From: Octopus vulgaris
Lineage: Eukaryota
DNA length: 64,000 bases
Assembly (NCBI GenBank): GCA_951406725.2
Contig: OX597820.1
Coordinates: 14,446,001-14,510,000 of the forward strand
Reading direction: 5' to 3'
In this document: one piece after another, positions 39,479-50,466 of the stretch
How positions within the stretch are numbered: position 1 is the stretch's first letter
Layout: each line of letters begins with the position of its first letter
The notes under the pieces: model-generated
The model's database searches: none
The model's input: only the letters and a program-made list of their open reading frames with translations
What the model was told of the DNA's origin: nothing
Program-made: the position numbers and the translations under genes

Positions 39479-39832
39479 ACAAGAGCACTCAGAGAGCGCA
39501 GGCCTTTGCCAAGGCAAAACCCATGTCCTCCCGATGATTATCCAGAGATGATTTTTAAAATGAGAATATCTGAAATAAACTCAACTGTTCTCGCAAATGA
39601 GAATGCTAAAATTGAACCCGACCACTCTCAAAAATTAATTAAAAAAACAGAAAAATAATCCAGAATCCTTGTCCTGTACCAGATAGATCCCAAAACCTAA
39701 TCAGTTTGTGCTAGTCACGAGGCCAAACATCTCTGAAAGTTTCATCCGAATCCATGCTGTGGTTCTTGAGATATCTTTTCCACTGACAAACAAATACGAC
39801 TGAAAACAATGCCTTCGCTAAGGCGGAGGTAG
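39479..39832 (+). mobile_element. Helentron-like non-autonomous element (HINE/DINE-like)
   Basis: Begins acaagagcactcagagagcgcaggcctttgccaagg and ends with GC-rich subterminal ccttcgctaaggcggaggt; a second copy lies at 52350-52713 in reverse. Confidence 0.65.
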
Positions 39833-39845
39833 TAATAAAACAAAC

Positions 39846-40086
39846 TTTATTCAGGGACTTTTTGTGTGGGATGGGCTTACTCAACCTGAAGAAAATTCTA
39901 ACTAAGCCCCCACCTGCAAAGTCATGTGGTGATTATCTTGATATGAGATCACCACGTTGTGCACATATGGTTGCAATGCATATGCCTGGTGTACCCTTAT
40001 CAGACGGATAATCATGATGGGTGTATCAGGCTTCGTATATTTCTACCCCAGTGTCACTTTGATGGCATGTATTGCACTCTCACACA
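39846..40086 (+). mobile_element. Family I retroposon, 3' part
   Basis: Reverse complement of the 49694-49930 segment; ends in an (AAT)/(GAT) tail. Confidence 0.85.
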
Positions 40087-40654
40087 ATAATGATGATGAT
40101 GATGATAATAATAACAACAACAACAACAATAATAGGTGGTGGTCATGGTCTCTTCAGCTGTCCTCTTTAAGGGTTGGACCTAAGACTGAAAGCAGTGTTA
40201 TTACATAGAGTGCTCCTGCTATAACAGTACAATATGTTTTTATTCATTCATTCGACATCTGTTTTTCCATGCTAGCATGGGTTACACAAATACATATTAT
40301 TGAAGTGTCATTTTACAGCTGGATGTTCTTCCTGTCACTAACTCTGACCTGTTTTCCAAGTACAAGTATTTTTCTTTTCTTTTTTTTAAATCCTTTTTTT
40401 AAAATTTTTTTTTATTGTGCTTGTCTTTGAAAAAAAACAGAGGGTATCAGGCAATTTGTTGAGAAGGAATGCAAGATGCATTTCATCAGTTATAGCTCAA
40501 CTGTATTTTTTTTACTACATGCAATGTGAAGAATACAAGCATTCACACACCCACACACAATCATCATCATCATAATCATAATCAGCATCACCGTCATCAT
40601 AATCATCATTATCATCACCATTATTATCATGATCATCTTATGTCTGTTTGTATA

Positions 40655-41225
40655 TGTCTTTACTAATTTCAGTCATTAGACTGTGGCCATGCTGGGGCTC
40701 TGGCATGTATTTTTTCAGTCGAATGAATCAACCCCAGTACTTTTTTTTTTAAATCTGGTACTTATTCTATTGTTCTCTTTTTGCTGAATGTAAATAAACT
40801 AACACCAGTTGTCAACCTGTGATGGGGCAAACACAGATACAAAAGACACATGCACACACACACACATAGGTATATTTATATGTCAGGCTTCTTTCAGTTT
40901 CCGTCTACTAAATCCACTCACAAGGCTCTGGTCAGCCCAAGGCTATATAGTAGAAGACACTTGCCGAAGGTGCCATGCAGTGGGATTGAACCCAGAATCA
41001 TGTGCTTGGGAAGCAAGTTTCTTGCTACACCTCTGCGCACGTGTGTGCGTGTATATATATATATATATGATGGGCTTGTTTCAGTTTCTGTCTACCAAAT
41101 CTACTCACAAGGCTCTAGTTGACCTGAGGCTATATAGTAGAAGACACCTGCCCAAGTTGTTTGCACAGTGGGACTAAACCCAGAGCCATGTAGTTCGGAA
41201 CCAAACCTTTTGCCATGCCTGTGCC
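40655..41225 (-). mobile_element. SINE B with duplicated head module
   Basis: ctcacaaggctct...agaagacac...cagtggga segment present twice (~40885-41030 and ~41068-41225). Confidence 0.8.
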
Positions 41226-41315
41226 TGAACCATACATACATATAAATAAAATATTTTTGGCGATTTTTTTTTTTTTTTCCCCCCTCCGTCTTCCTTTTTT
41301 ATTGGACTTTCTTCT

Positions 41316-41350
41316 GTTTCTGAGGAAGAGCTTTATTCGAAATGTAAAAC
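41316..41350 (+). ncRNA. Degenerate minimal hammerhead ribozyme motif (Penelope-type)
   Basis: GTTT-CTGAGGA-A-GAGC-TTT-ATTC-GAAA-TG-TA-AAAC: stem I GTTT/AAAC, CUGANGA and GAAA core; stem II is decayed. Confidence 0.45.
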
Positions 41351-41639
41351 CACCTTTCTTTCCTTCCCTGAGCGTCTGCTAATACTTTACATGTACCACA
41401 TGAAAATTGACAAAACCAGGAACTTCCAAGGCCTCAGGTTTTATTTTGGAGATTTCCTTCTCCTAGGTAGATTACCAACTATGGTTAAAGAGCTTCTACC
41501 TGCCCATGACGTAAGCTATCCCATTCCAGACACTCAAACACTCTATAAAGTGATCAACTATCACTCAGGTGACTAACACAGAGTAGCTCATTCATTAAAA
41601 AAAAATGAAATTTTGCTGGCCTCAAATCTCATCTGCAAA

Positions 41640-41968
41640 TGCATGGAAAACAAACCTCCACCAACTATTCTGCCTATATGTCTGTGCACACCTTTGACTG
41701 CAGTGTATGCCAGACAGGTTTTCAAATCCAACGGGGACTTCAAAGGACATTTTAAGATCCACAAAGAGCAGAACTTATCTGTAGGTCTTGGTGGTCCAAA
41801 TCAGATGTGCAATCTTTGTGGGTGTCCTTTCACAACATTGTCTGGTTTAAAAAGCAACACCAGATGCCATGATGGTTCTAAGGTGTAGGTACAGGAGGTG
41901 ATCAAAGTCTGCATAAGAAGTAGACAACCACCATATGTATGTATGTATGTATGTGTGTATGTATGTAT
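41640..41968 (+). pseudogene. C2H2 zinc-finger relic, probably the 3' end of a LINE (RTE-like)
   Basis: With one frameshift, C-SV-C-RQV-F-KSNGD-F-KG-H-FKI-H; second finger C-NL-C-GCP-F-TTLSG-L-KS-N-TRC-H, then stop, short UTR and (TATG)n tail. Confidence 0.65.
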
Positions 41969-43567
41969 TGATGTGTGTGTGAAACGACTCCCAGAAGGTC
42001 GTTAAAAAGAAAGATTATTCTTCGTTTAAGTTTTCTCTTTTCGTTTTGACTTTTGAAATTAGAGTCTGGAATACAGTGTTCCCCTCCCCCCTTTTTTTGT
42101 CTTTCTCTTCTTTCTCGTTTGTTTTATGTCAATATGGCTGGAGACAATTATTTAATAAATTATACGGGAATAATAAAAAGGATGCATATTTTTCCATCTC
42201 ATGATTGGAAACAATCCCCCTAGGCAAGGCCTAGCAAATCATAAGAAATTACTGCCAAGTTGAGGAGCTTTTTCTCGCTTGTAAACGAGATGTTGTTGAT
42301 GAATACAAGTAATATTTAGTCCGTTGTTTAACACGACAACAACGACAACGACAACGACAAAATGGATATTGTTAATTTCTTTTTTTGTTTTATTCCTTTT
42401 AATTTTTGCACTTTTTTTTAATATTTTATTCCGTTTTATTGCTCTTGGTTTTATTTTCTCAACTTGAGTGTTTATATTATCATCGCTTCTGTCCCAGTAT
42501 ATTCCATGCAAAAATCGAAAACTGTGTTGAAGAAGTGGCAGAGAGAAAATGAATTTGTCTGTCTGTCTGTCCGTCCATCTTCTTCCTCTTTTCTCCTCCT
42601 TCACTTTTCTCTTCTCCTCTCTTTCCTCTTTTTTCTTCTCATTATTATTATTATTATTATTATTGTGTGTGTGTGTATACATTTTGCACCCATCTTTTCT
42701 TTGTGCAGTGGTAGAGGTGGTAGGGGAATGTAGCTCTATCATGATAGGTTCTCTTCGGGGTTTCAAATTTAGCATAATCCACTCCATTCCTCCTCCAGCT
42801 TTTTTAATAACTATAAAATTTAAAATTGGGATGATGACGTGCACACGCCACCATCGGTGATGTATATAATAACCTTTTCATTATTATTATCATTATTATT
42901 ATTATTATTTTTTTTTTTTTTATGCTTTATTTAATTTTTTTCATGTTTCATTTCCAGATGTTATCTAGTTCTTGATTTTCTTATTGTTTTTATATATATT
43001 TATTTATGTTCTTTTTTTTATTCATTTATTATTATTATTTTTTTTTTGTCTTCTGCATTCAGAACGCTAAATAAATTTGTCTGCAAAATTAAAAAAAGAA
43101 AAGAATTATTAAAAACAAAAAAAAAAAAACCCCAATAAAACACAACAAACCCCCCAACAAAAATAACTCCAAATTTTCGAAATAGGAATAAGACAAAAAC
43201 AAATCTTTTATTGGTATGGAATGAAGCCAAGAATAATAAATGTTTCCCTGTATGTTTGGTGTTTTGCCAGTTCCTGAGGTGAAACAGATTTAGTGCTTAA
43301 ACAATTGTCCTTTTCCCCACTAGTTTAAAACTCATTTTTCTCTCTGTATCCTAGGTAATTCTTATGTCCGGCTTCTAGTTTAGCACTTCAACTCACAGAA
43401 GCATTTGATTGGTAAGTCAATATTGCTGCAACACAAAAGACTTGTACTAACATCGGCTCTTCACCTCGTAGACTTATGTAGCTGGCTCCTTCAAGTGAGC
43501 AGCTACCACCCATTATTGGATAACGGTCTCACAAGCACATTTCAATACCCAGTAAAGGGCTCTAGAT

Positions 43568-44392
43568 CAGTAGTTTTCAACCAGGGTCCAGATGACCCTT
43601 GGAGTGGGGGGGGGGGTCCGTATAAGATTTTGTTAAAATTTATTCCAATTAGGTTGACTTTGCCTTTCGTCCTTTTGGGGTCGATAAAATAAGTACCAGT
43701 TGTGCACTGGGGTCAATGTAATTGACTAACCCTCTCTGAAATTGCTAGCCTTGTGCAAAATTTGGAACCAAAATTTATGTATAATAAATTGGTTTTACTT
43801 CAACAATAGGCATAGGAGTGGCTATGTGATAAGTAGCTTGCTTACCAACCACATGGTTCTGGGTTCAGTCCCACTGCGTGGCACCTTGGGCTAGTGTCTT
43901 CTAATATAGCCTCGGGCCGACCAATACCTTGTGAGTGGATTTGGTAGACGGAAAAGGAAAGAAGCTCGTTATATATATGAATGTATGTATATATGTGTGT
44001 GTGTGTGTGTATGTATGTGTGTGTATATATTTGTGTGTCTGTGTTTGTCCCCCCAGCATTGCTTGACAACCGATGCTGGTGTGTTTATGTCCCTCTAACT
44101 TAGCAGTTCGGCAAAAGAAACCAATAGAATAGGTACTAGGCTTACAAAGAATCAGTCCTGGGATCGATATTCTCAACTAAAGCAGTGCTCCAGCATGGTC
44201 GCAGTCAAATGACTGAAACAAGTAAAAGAGTAAAGAGTAATACACAAAACATTTTAGCAATGGTTTTTATACAATTCCTGATAATGCTTAATTATAAAAA
44301 TGTAATAGAATTTTTTAAACAAGGAGTAGCTATGAGTAAAATAGAAATCGAAAGGGTCCATAGGTAAAAAAACAAAAAACAAAAAAACACTG
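43568..44392. mobile_element. hAT (Charlie-like) MITE with 8-bp TSD, hosting a SINE A' fragment (~43650-43770) and a SINE B
   Basis: TSD ctctagat (43560-43567) / ctctacat (44393-44400); ends cagtagttt ... aaacactg. Confidence 0.8.
43808..44239 (+). mobile_element. Full-length SINE B
   Basis: Head to gtaaaagagtaaagagt tail. Confidence 0.9.
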
Positions 44393-45056
44393 CTCTACAT
44401 AGATATTGCTGTGAGGTTAAGCGATACTCTTTCTAAGTTTGAGATCAAGTTCTTTGCATGGAACCTTTGGCAAATGTTCTCCAGTAAAGTACATGACTGA
44501 CCAATACTTTGTCAGTCAATTTGTTACATGGAAACTGTGAGGAAGCTCATCACTTGCAGGTGACTACATGTTTGGATGCGAATTCATCACTTCCAATTTA
44601 CGAAATGGTGAACAAAACATTCACTGATGTCATGAATAGCCACTCAACCAAGCAAAAATTCTGTATATGCAATTAAGGCCATTATTAAATTAAAATAGCC
44701 ATCTATATATATCATACTTAATGTATATACACTGTTGATAGGCCACTTACTGTTGTATCTGTCCTGAGATAACATCTTGTACAGACTTGGGGTTTTGGGG
44801 ATTTTTTTAGGTTTGACCATCAAGCTAGTCATTAAGATTAAACAGATAATGCTTGATGATTTTGTTTTCCATTTACTGTATTTAGACCAAGTCAGCTTGG
44901 AATAAGCCCCACTTTCCTTTTTTAGTAATATTCATAGGAACCTCAAGCCAACAAGGGATTCTCTACACTGTTGCTGGTTGTAAAGACCCCTTCTGCTACA
45001 AATAGTAGCCAAATATCCCTCAAATCATACAACACTGTCTTAAACGAAGAAGCAAT

Positions 45057-45320
45057 TCATCATCATCATCATTTAACATCCGTTTTCCATGCTGGCATGG
45101 GTTGGACGGTTTGATTGAGGGCTAGCAAGCCAGAAGGCTGCACCAGGCTCCAATCCAATCTGGCACTGTTTCTACAGCTGGATGCCCTTCCTAACACCAA
45201 CCACTCTGAGAGTGTTGTGGGTGCTTTTTACGTGCCACTGGCTCGAGGGCCAGTCAGGCAGTACTGGCATCAGCCATGCTTGAATGGGGCTTTTTATGTG
45301 CCACTGGCACAGGAGCCATG
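45057..45320 (-). mobile_element. Family C retroposon
   Basis: (CAT)n tail, ctggatgcccttcctaacaccaacc and two gtgccactgg units. Confidence 0.85.
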
Positions 45321-46228
45321 TGTATGTATGTATATAGATGTATGTGTATATACATTTATAAAGTTAGATGTAAACCAATCTGTACACATGCATTTGACTA
45401 TGTATGTGATCATGTATGTGTGTGTATGTGTGTGTGTGTGTGTGTATGTATCTGTGTCTGGAATCTTTATGCTTATTTATTTATGCTTATGCTAGGTTTA
45501 CATCAATAAAGACATAACATGTCTATGTTTATATGTCCCTACAAAAATATAAAAGCTAGACAGATGAAAATTTGTCCAAGTATTTAGCAGTTTCTACCTG
45601 TAACATCTCTTAGATATATCCTCCTGTCTGTTTATATATGTATATATATGTATATATGCATACAGTGTGCAAGAGCAGACATGTACATGTGTTCTTGTTT
45701 ATCTCACTGGCTTGCTGCACCTACTAATTAAAATACTTCCAAAACATTGGCAATATTTTTGTTATTGTCCTCCAAAATTCCATTCGAATGCAGTCTATGC
45801 TAGTTTGTGTTAGCTGTAATTAAATACACCAAGATTGCTATCCTGCGCAACCACTATTTTCTTCACAGCTTCCATCCGCTGCTACCAGCAACATCATTCC
45901 TACCGCCAACACCAACACCACTTGTCCTCTCAATATTGGCACCACAACTAATTTCTGGACACTGTATGGAATTGCACAAGGGTTGGGGGCAGGCTTGGGT
46001 CAGTGGATGAGCCTCTACATGTCTTTTCCTTTTGCAAAGAGACACATGGGACTTGAGAATGGGTTATTAAGTACGAAACAAATGAATAAAACTTGCATTA
46101 AAGTTAGTTTTAATTAAAACTTCTTTTGATTACACGTGTGTGTGTGTGTGTGTCTGCCTGTCTGTCTTTCTGTCTGTCCGTGCATATATGTGTGTGTGTG
46201 TATGTGTGTGTGTGTGTACGTGCATACA

Positions 46229-46451
46229 TATGAGGGGGTACTGAAAGGTTCCTGGCTTTGGGTAAAAGAAAATACAGAAGGATCTGTTAATTGTGATTTA
46301 AGCCAACATATTCTCCTCTCAGATTCACACACTTTCTGCAGGCGGTCCTTCAGTTTTTCTCAGCCGCCCTGTTAAAGAACTCGGAAGGTTGGGCCTCCAA
46401 CTGAGCCTTTCACGATACCCCTAAAGCCAGTAACTTTTCAGCACCCTCTTA
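46229..46451 (-). mobile_element. mariner-derived MITE
   Basis: TA-flanked ~30-bp TIRs TGAGGGGGTACTGAAAGGTTCCTGGCTTTGG / CCTAAAGCCAGTAACTTTTCAGCACCCTCT; internal remnant translates KCVNLRGEYV, like a mariner transposase C-terminus. Confidence 0.85.
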
Positions 46452-46615
46452 CACATAAATATCCAGACTTTGACTGAAGAAGCAATTGGCTGCGAATGAT
46501 CTGTGTATCTTGTTTTGTCCTGTTTACTGTTGTTGTGCTATTGTCCTTTTCCTGCTTGTTATGTCTTGACGATTTCTGTTTGTTGTGTTTTTTACCTTTG
46601 ATTTATATATATCTA

Positions 46616-47131
46616 CTAGCAGTATCGCCCGGCATTGCTCGGGTTTGTAAGGGAAATAACTATATAAGCATTTTTAGAGAGTTACTTCCCTTATAGATGC
46701 CAATTCGCGCTTTCTTAGCCATTTCTGTTTTGGTGTCTTCAAGCCATGAAGTCGTTGTTCTAAAAGAACGCTGGTCTCCTTGACAACGCATTACGACGTT
46801 GATTTCCTTACACTCCCTTCCCCACAGCTTCACGAGGGAGGGAAGTAGGGGGAGAAGCAACACAGGTGCAGGTGTTTGAACATGGACGCCAACTCCGCCG
46901 CCATCGACATACGAAAAAATATGCATTAAAATGGAATAAAAAATGATGTTAAATTATTTTTAAAATCGTAGACTCATCGTAGACGCGCACTAATACCCAG
47001 ACGGGCTCGATATGAATCACGACTATAAGATACCCGAATTTGGTTAAACTGCACCGCAAAATGTGGGAGTAGTTAGGAATCTAAATCGAAGGGGACAGAC
47101 ACTCACACAACTACAGTTTTATATATATAGA
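46616..47131 (-). mobile_element. Non-autonomous Helitron
   Basis: Minus strand 5' TCTATATAT..., 3' cccgagcaatgccgggcgatactgCTAG, inserted between A and T; CpG-rich relative to flanks. Confidence 0.85.
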
Positions 47132-48264
47132 TATATTTATAAAAAAGAAGTTTGAAAACGCCACTATATAAGATAAATTTTAATTTTCTGAGAGATTTTA
47201 TATGTTTCGGTTCTTCTTGAAAAAAACGAACCTTATCCAAAATATATATTTTTAAAAGAAAAGCTCATAATTATTTCTTATATATATATATATATGTGTA
47301 TGTGTGTGTGTGTCTGTGTGTTTATCATTATGAGTTAATATCCACTTTTCTATGTTGGCATGGTTCGGATGGAATTGGTTGAGGTAGATTTTTTCAATGG
47401 CTGAATGCCATTCTTTTTTGTCTCCGTGTGTAGACATGTGTGTGTATGTGTGTGTGTGTGCATTCTCCTTCTGTTGATGGAATAGATTGCTGATGGGTTC
47501 TGTTTGTTCTGCACAACATGCACCATCTTTGCATCTGTTCCTGAAACATCTGTTAGAGACTTTCTACACACCTATTTCCTTCCCCCCTTCCTCAAGGTCT
47601 TTTACTCATGTAATGATTCAACCACCATGTTTTTTTATGTACACACACACACACACAGAGGTTATCATAACTTTGTCCAATTAGACTTTTTTTGTATTTT
47701 GAGTTCAGATCCTGCTATGGCTAATTTAGGAACCTTGGACACCTTTAGTGGATAAGTCCACCCTGTTGCAGACATTCTCCAGTTTGAAGATAATGTCCTC
47801 CATCCCACCAGTCTTGGAAGCCCGGTAAATTGTTCTGAATATTACAATTCCCTCCTGGCTAATAAGAAAAGCAAAACAAATCAGGCAGGAGTGTTGGAGT
47901 TTACTAATGGCTTGAATGTTTTTGATCTTAGGTCTACTTGATAATGGCTAACCTGGAACAACTCAAAAAGAGGAGCAGTTGATGTGGGAATAGGAGTGAT
48001 AAAACCCCATCCTCTTGAAGGCACCAAAATATTGGAACCACTCCAATTCTTACATTAAATTTCTAAATGACACACCATACATCAATATTAATTGGAAGCA
48101 CTTATTGCCCTCTTCCATCAAACAATATTTATTACAATAATAACCCAAGGCTGTTTTTCCTTCTATAAAGTTATTTTACACCCAAAAGACTTGGGTTGCT
48201 ACCCTCGAGTTATATCTCATTTTTATTTTACCTTGAAGAAGTCTATACATACTCAGTAACCTTC

Positions 48265-48430
48265 CCAAAACTGTAGCTAAATTTCCCTCAGATTGCATTT
48301 ATTCACCCTCCTGAAATAACAGCCAAATTTTCCCTGCCATACTCAATTACCTTGCTAAAATAGCAGCTAAATTTCCCTTAAATGAGACTTGGTCACCCGG
48401 TTAAAATAGCAGCTAAATGTCCCTCGGACA
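48265..48430 (+). repeat. 4 tandem ~43-bp units with core aaatagcagctaaatttccc
   Basis: Core at ~48270, ~48315, ~48358 and ~48404; a related motif occurs singly at ~26397, ~45000 and (reverse) ~59685. Confidence 0.7.
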
Positions 48431-48524
48431 ACTAAATTTACCTTAAATCACATCCTATGATCTTTGAAAAGAATGACAAGCTTGATAAGGTACAGTCAAT
48501 GTAAGTGCAATGTGAAAAGCCTCT

Positions 48525-49218
48525 TTAACCCTTTAGCATTTAATCTGGCCACAGTTGGCCCAAATAACCTACCTTTTTTTATGTTAAAACTGACCAGATC
48601 CAGCTTCTCACACCTACCCTACAATGTCATTCCCAAAATATTGAAATCAATTTCGATGACTGGCATCCGTGCTAGTGGAGTGCTAAGAGCACCTTCCGAG
48701 CATGATCATTGCCAGAGCAGCTAACTGGCTTCTGTGCCGGTGGCACATAAAAAGCACCAGTTGTGATTGTTACCAGCATCGCCTTACTAGCACGTGAAAA
48801 AATATTCGAATGAGGTCGTTGCCAATGCCGCTGGACTGGCTCCTGTGGAGGTGGCACGTAAAAAACACCATTTGAGCTTGGTGTTGCCAGTACCGCCTGA
48901 CTGGCCCTCATGCTGGTGGCACGTAAAAGCAACCACTACACTCTCGGAGTGGTTGGCGTTAGGAAGGGCATCCAGCTGTAGAAATGCTGCCAGATCAGAT
49001 TGGAGCCTGGTGCAACCATCTGGTTCGCCAGTCCTTAGTCAAATCGTTCAACACATGCTAGCATCGAAAGCGGACGTTAAATGATGATGATGATAATGAT
49101 GATGATGCAAACACACCATTGAAATCTTGAAGCTACAAAATAATTTGTGACTAATCAAAAACAATGTGAATAAATAAAAATTACATTCGGTGGATAAGTA
49201 CAGATGCTAAATAGTTAA
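48525..49218. mobile_element. piggyBac-like MITE family E split by a family C insertion
   Basis: TTAA-CCCTTTAGCAT...cccaaaata | insertion | caaacacaccattgaaatc...ATGCTAAATAG-TTAA. Confidence 0.8.
48642..49107 (+). mobile_element. Family C retroposon, longest uninterrupted copy
   Basis: ~4-5 hairpin units, then ggttggcgttaggaagggcatccagctgtagaaa and a (GAT)n tail. Confidence 0.88.
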
Positions 49219-49642
49219 TCACAGGTTTGCCTGAGGAGGACTTACCTTGGGCTAAACAAAAGGGGGGGGGGAAAACGAGAAAATGAAATGAGAAACTATC
49301 TAGATTTGATACCATACCATTCCTTTTATGGTCAAGGTCTTTTAAAGATTGTCAATTTTTATTTTACTGAGTGCTTATGAGATACTAGGTCAGCAATTTA
49401 ATACTAACTTATTAAGCTGTTCAGGTGCGTTTTTATAGCCACCACCTCTTTTCTGTTTGCTTAAGTTATAATCAGTCTGTTACCAAATTCAAATTAAAAC
49501 TACCTTGCTGTATTTGAACAGCAACAACAACAACAGCAACTATAACCTTGATAATTGGAGGCAAAAAACTGGTTTTAGTAAAGGTAACATTCTTGGAATG
49601 AAAGTTGAACCTCATTATCTATTACCATAGATGGGGCTGCTG

Positions 49643-49693
<51 letters not shown>

Positions 49694-49694
<1 letters not shown>

Positions 49695-50218
49695 GTGAGA
49701 GAGCAGTGCATGCCATCAAAGTGACACTGGGGTAAAATATACGAAGCCCAATATACCCGTCATGACTACACGTCTGATAAGGGTACACCAGGCACATGCA
49801 TCACAACCATATGTGTGTGACATGGTGGTCTCATATCAAGATAAACAGCACATGACCTTGCAGGTGGGGCCCAGTTAGGATTTTCTTCAGGTCGAGTAGC
49901 CCATCCCGCTCAAACAGTCCCTGAATAAGGGTTGTTTAAGGATGTTGAAAGAACCACCCATGTCTCTAGAGGTGAATTATCCAAACTCCAAAGAATCCAT
50001 CTCATTCTGCTCGTGATCAGAGATACCCATAACACCAGCCACCAAGGGACATGGTCAACTGGTTAAGGTCAAACAACTGACAAGCTAATCTGTGGTATTG
50101 AGCAGAATATTTGCTGTAGCCCATCTTTTATACCAAGACAAAACAATGTACATGATAACACTTGCAATCAGTTAAGATCAGAAGCCACAAGAGCCACAAC
50201 CTGGTACTGCATCAGGGC
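49694..50218 (-). mobile_element. Family I ~520-bp retroposon with (AAT)n tail
   Basis: Homologous over its full length to 53422-53973; both begin gccctgatgca on the minus strand and end in (AAT)n. Confidence 0.85.
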
Positions 50219-50231
50219 GGCGGCGGCGGCT

Positions 50232-50392
50232 TCATCATCATCATCACCATCATCACCATCATCATCCTCATCATCATTATCATCATTATTATCATCATTA
50301 TCATCATCATCATCATCATTATTATCATCATCATTATTATCATCATCATTATTATCATCATCATTATTATCATCATCATTATTATTATTATT
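50232..50392. repeat. (CAT)n/(TAT)n microsatellite
   Basis: Trinucleotide tract. Confidence 0.95.
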
Positions 50393-50466
50393 CAGGTCAC
50401 TGCTTGGAATTGAACTCGGAATCTTGGGGTTAGTAGCCTGTGCTCTTAACCACTATGCCATATGCC
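50393..50466 (-). mobile_element. tRNA-sized retroposon / tRNA pseudogene with (AAT)n tail
   Basis: Minus: ggcatatggcatagtggttaagagc...ggctactaaccc...gagttcaattcc...gacctg, then aataataat; A and B boxes present, acceptor stem not paired. Confidence 0.65.

Noticed and set aside
42239-42860. 201-aa minus-strand and 103-aa plus-strand ORFs as coding exons
   Set aside because: Largely low complexity with no recognisable homology; kept only as a possible regulatory island
48642-48940. Repeat-spacer pattern resembling a CRISPR array (also 48265-48430 and 7800-8580)
   Set aside because: Eukaryotic context, no cas genes, degenerate repeats, and spacers that are related to each other or simple sequence
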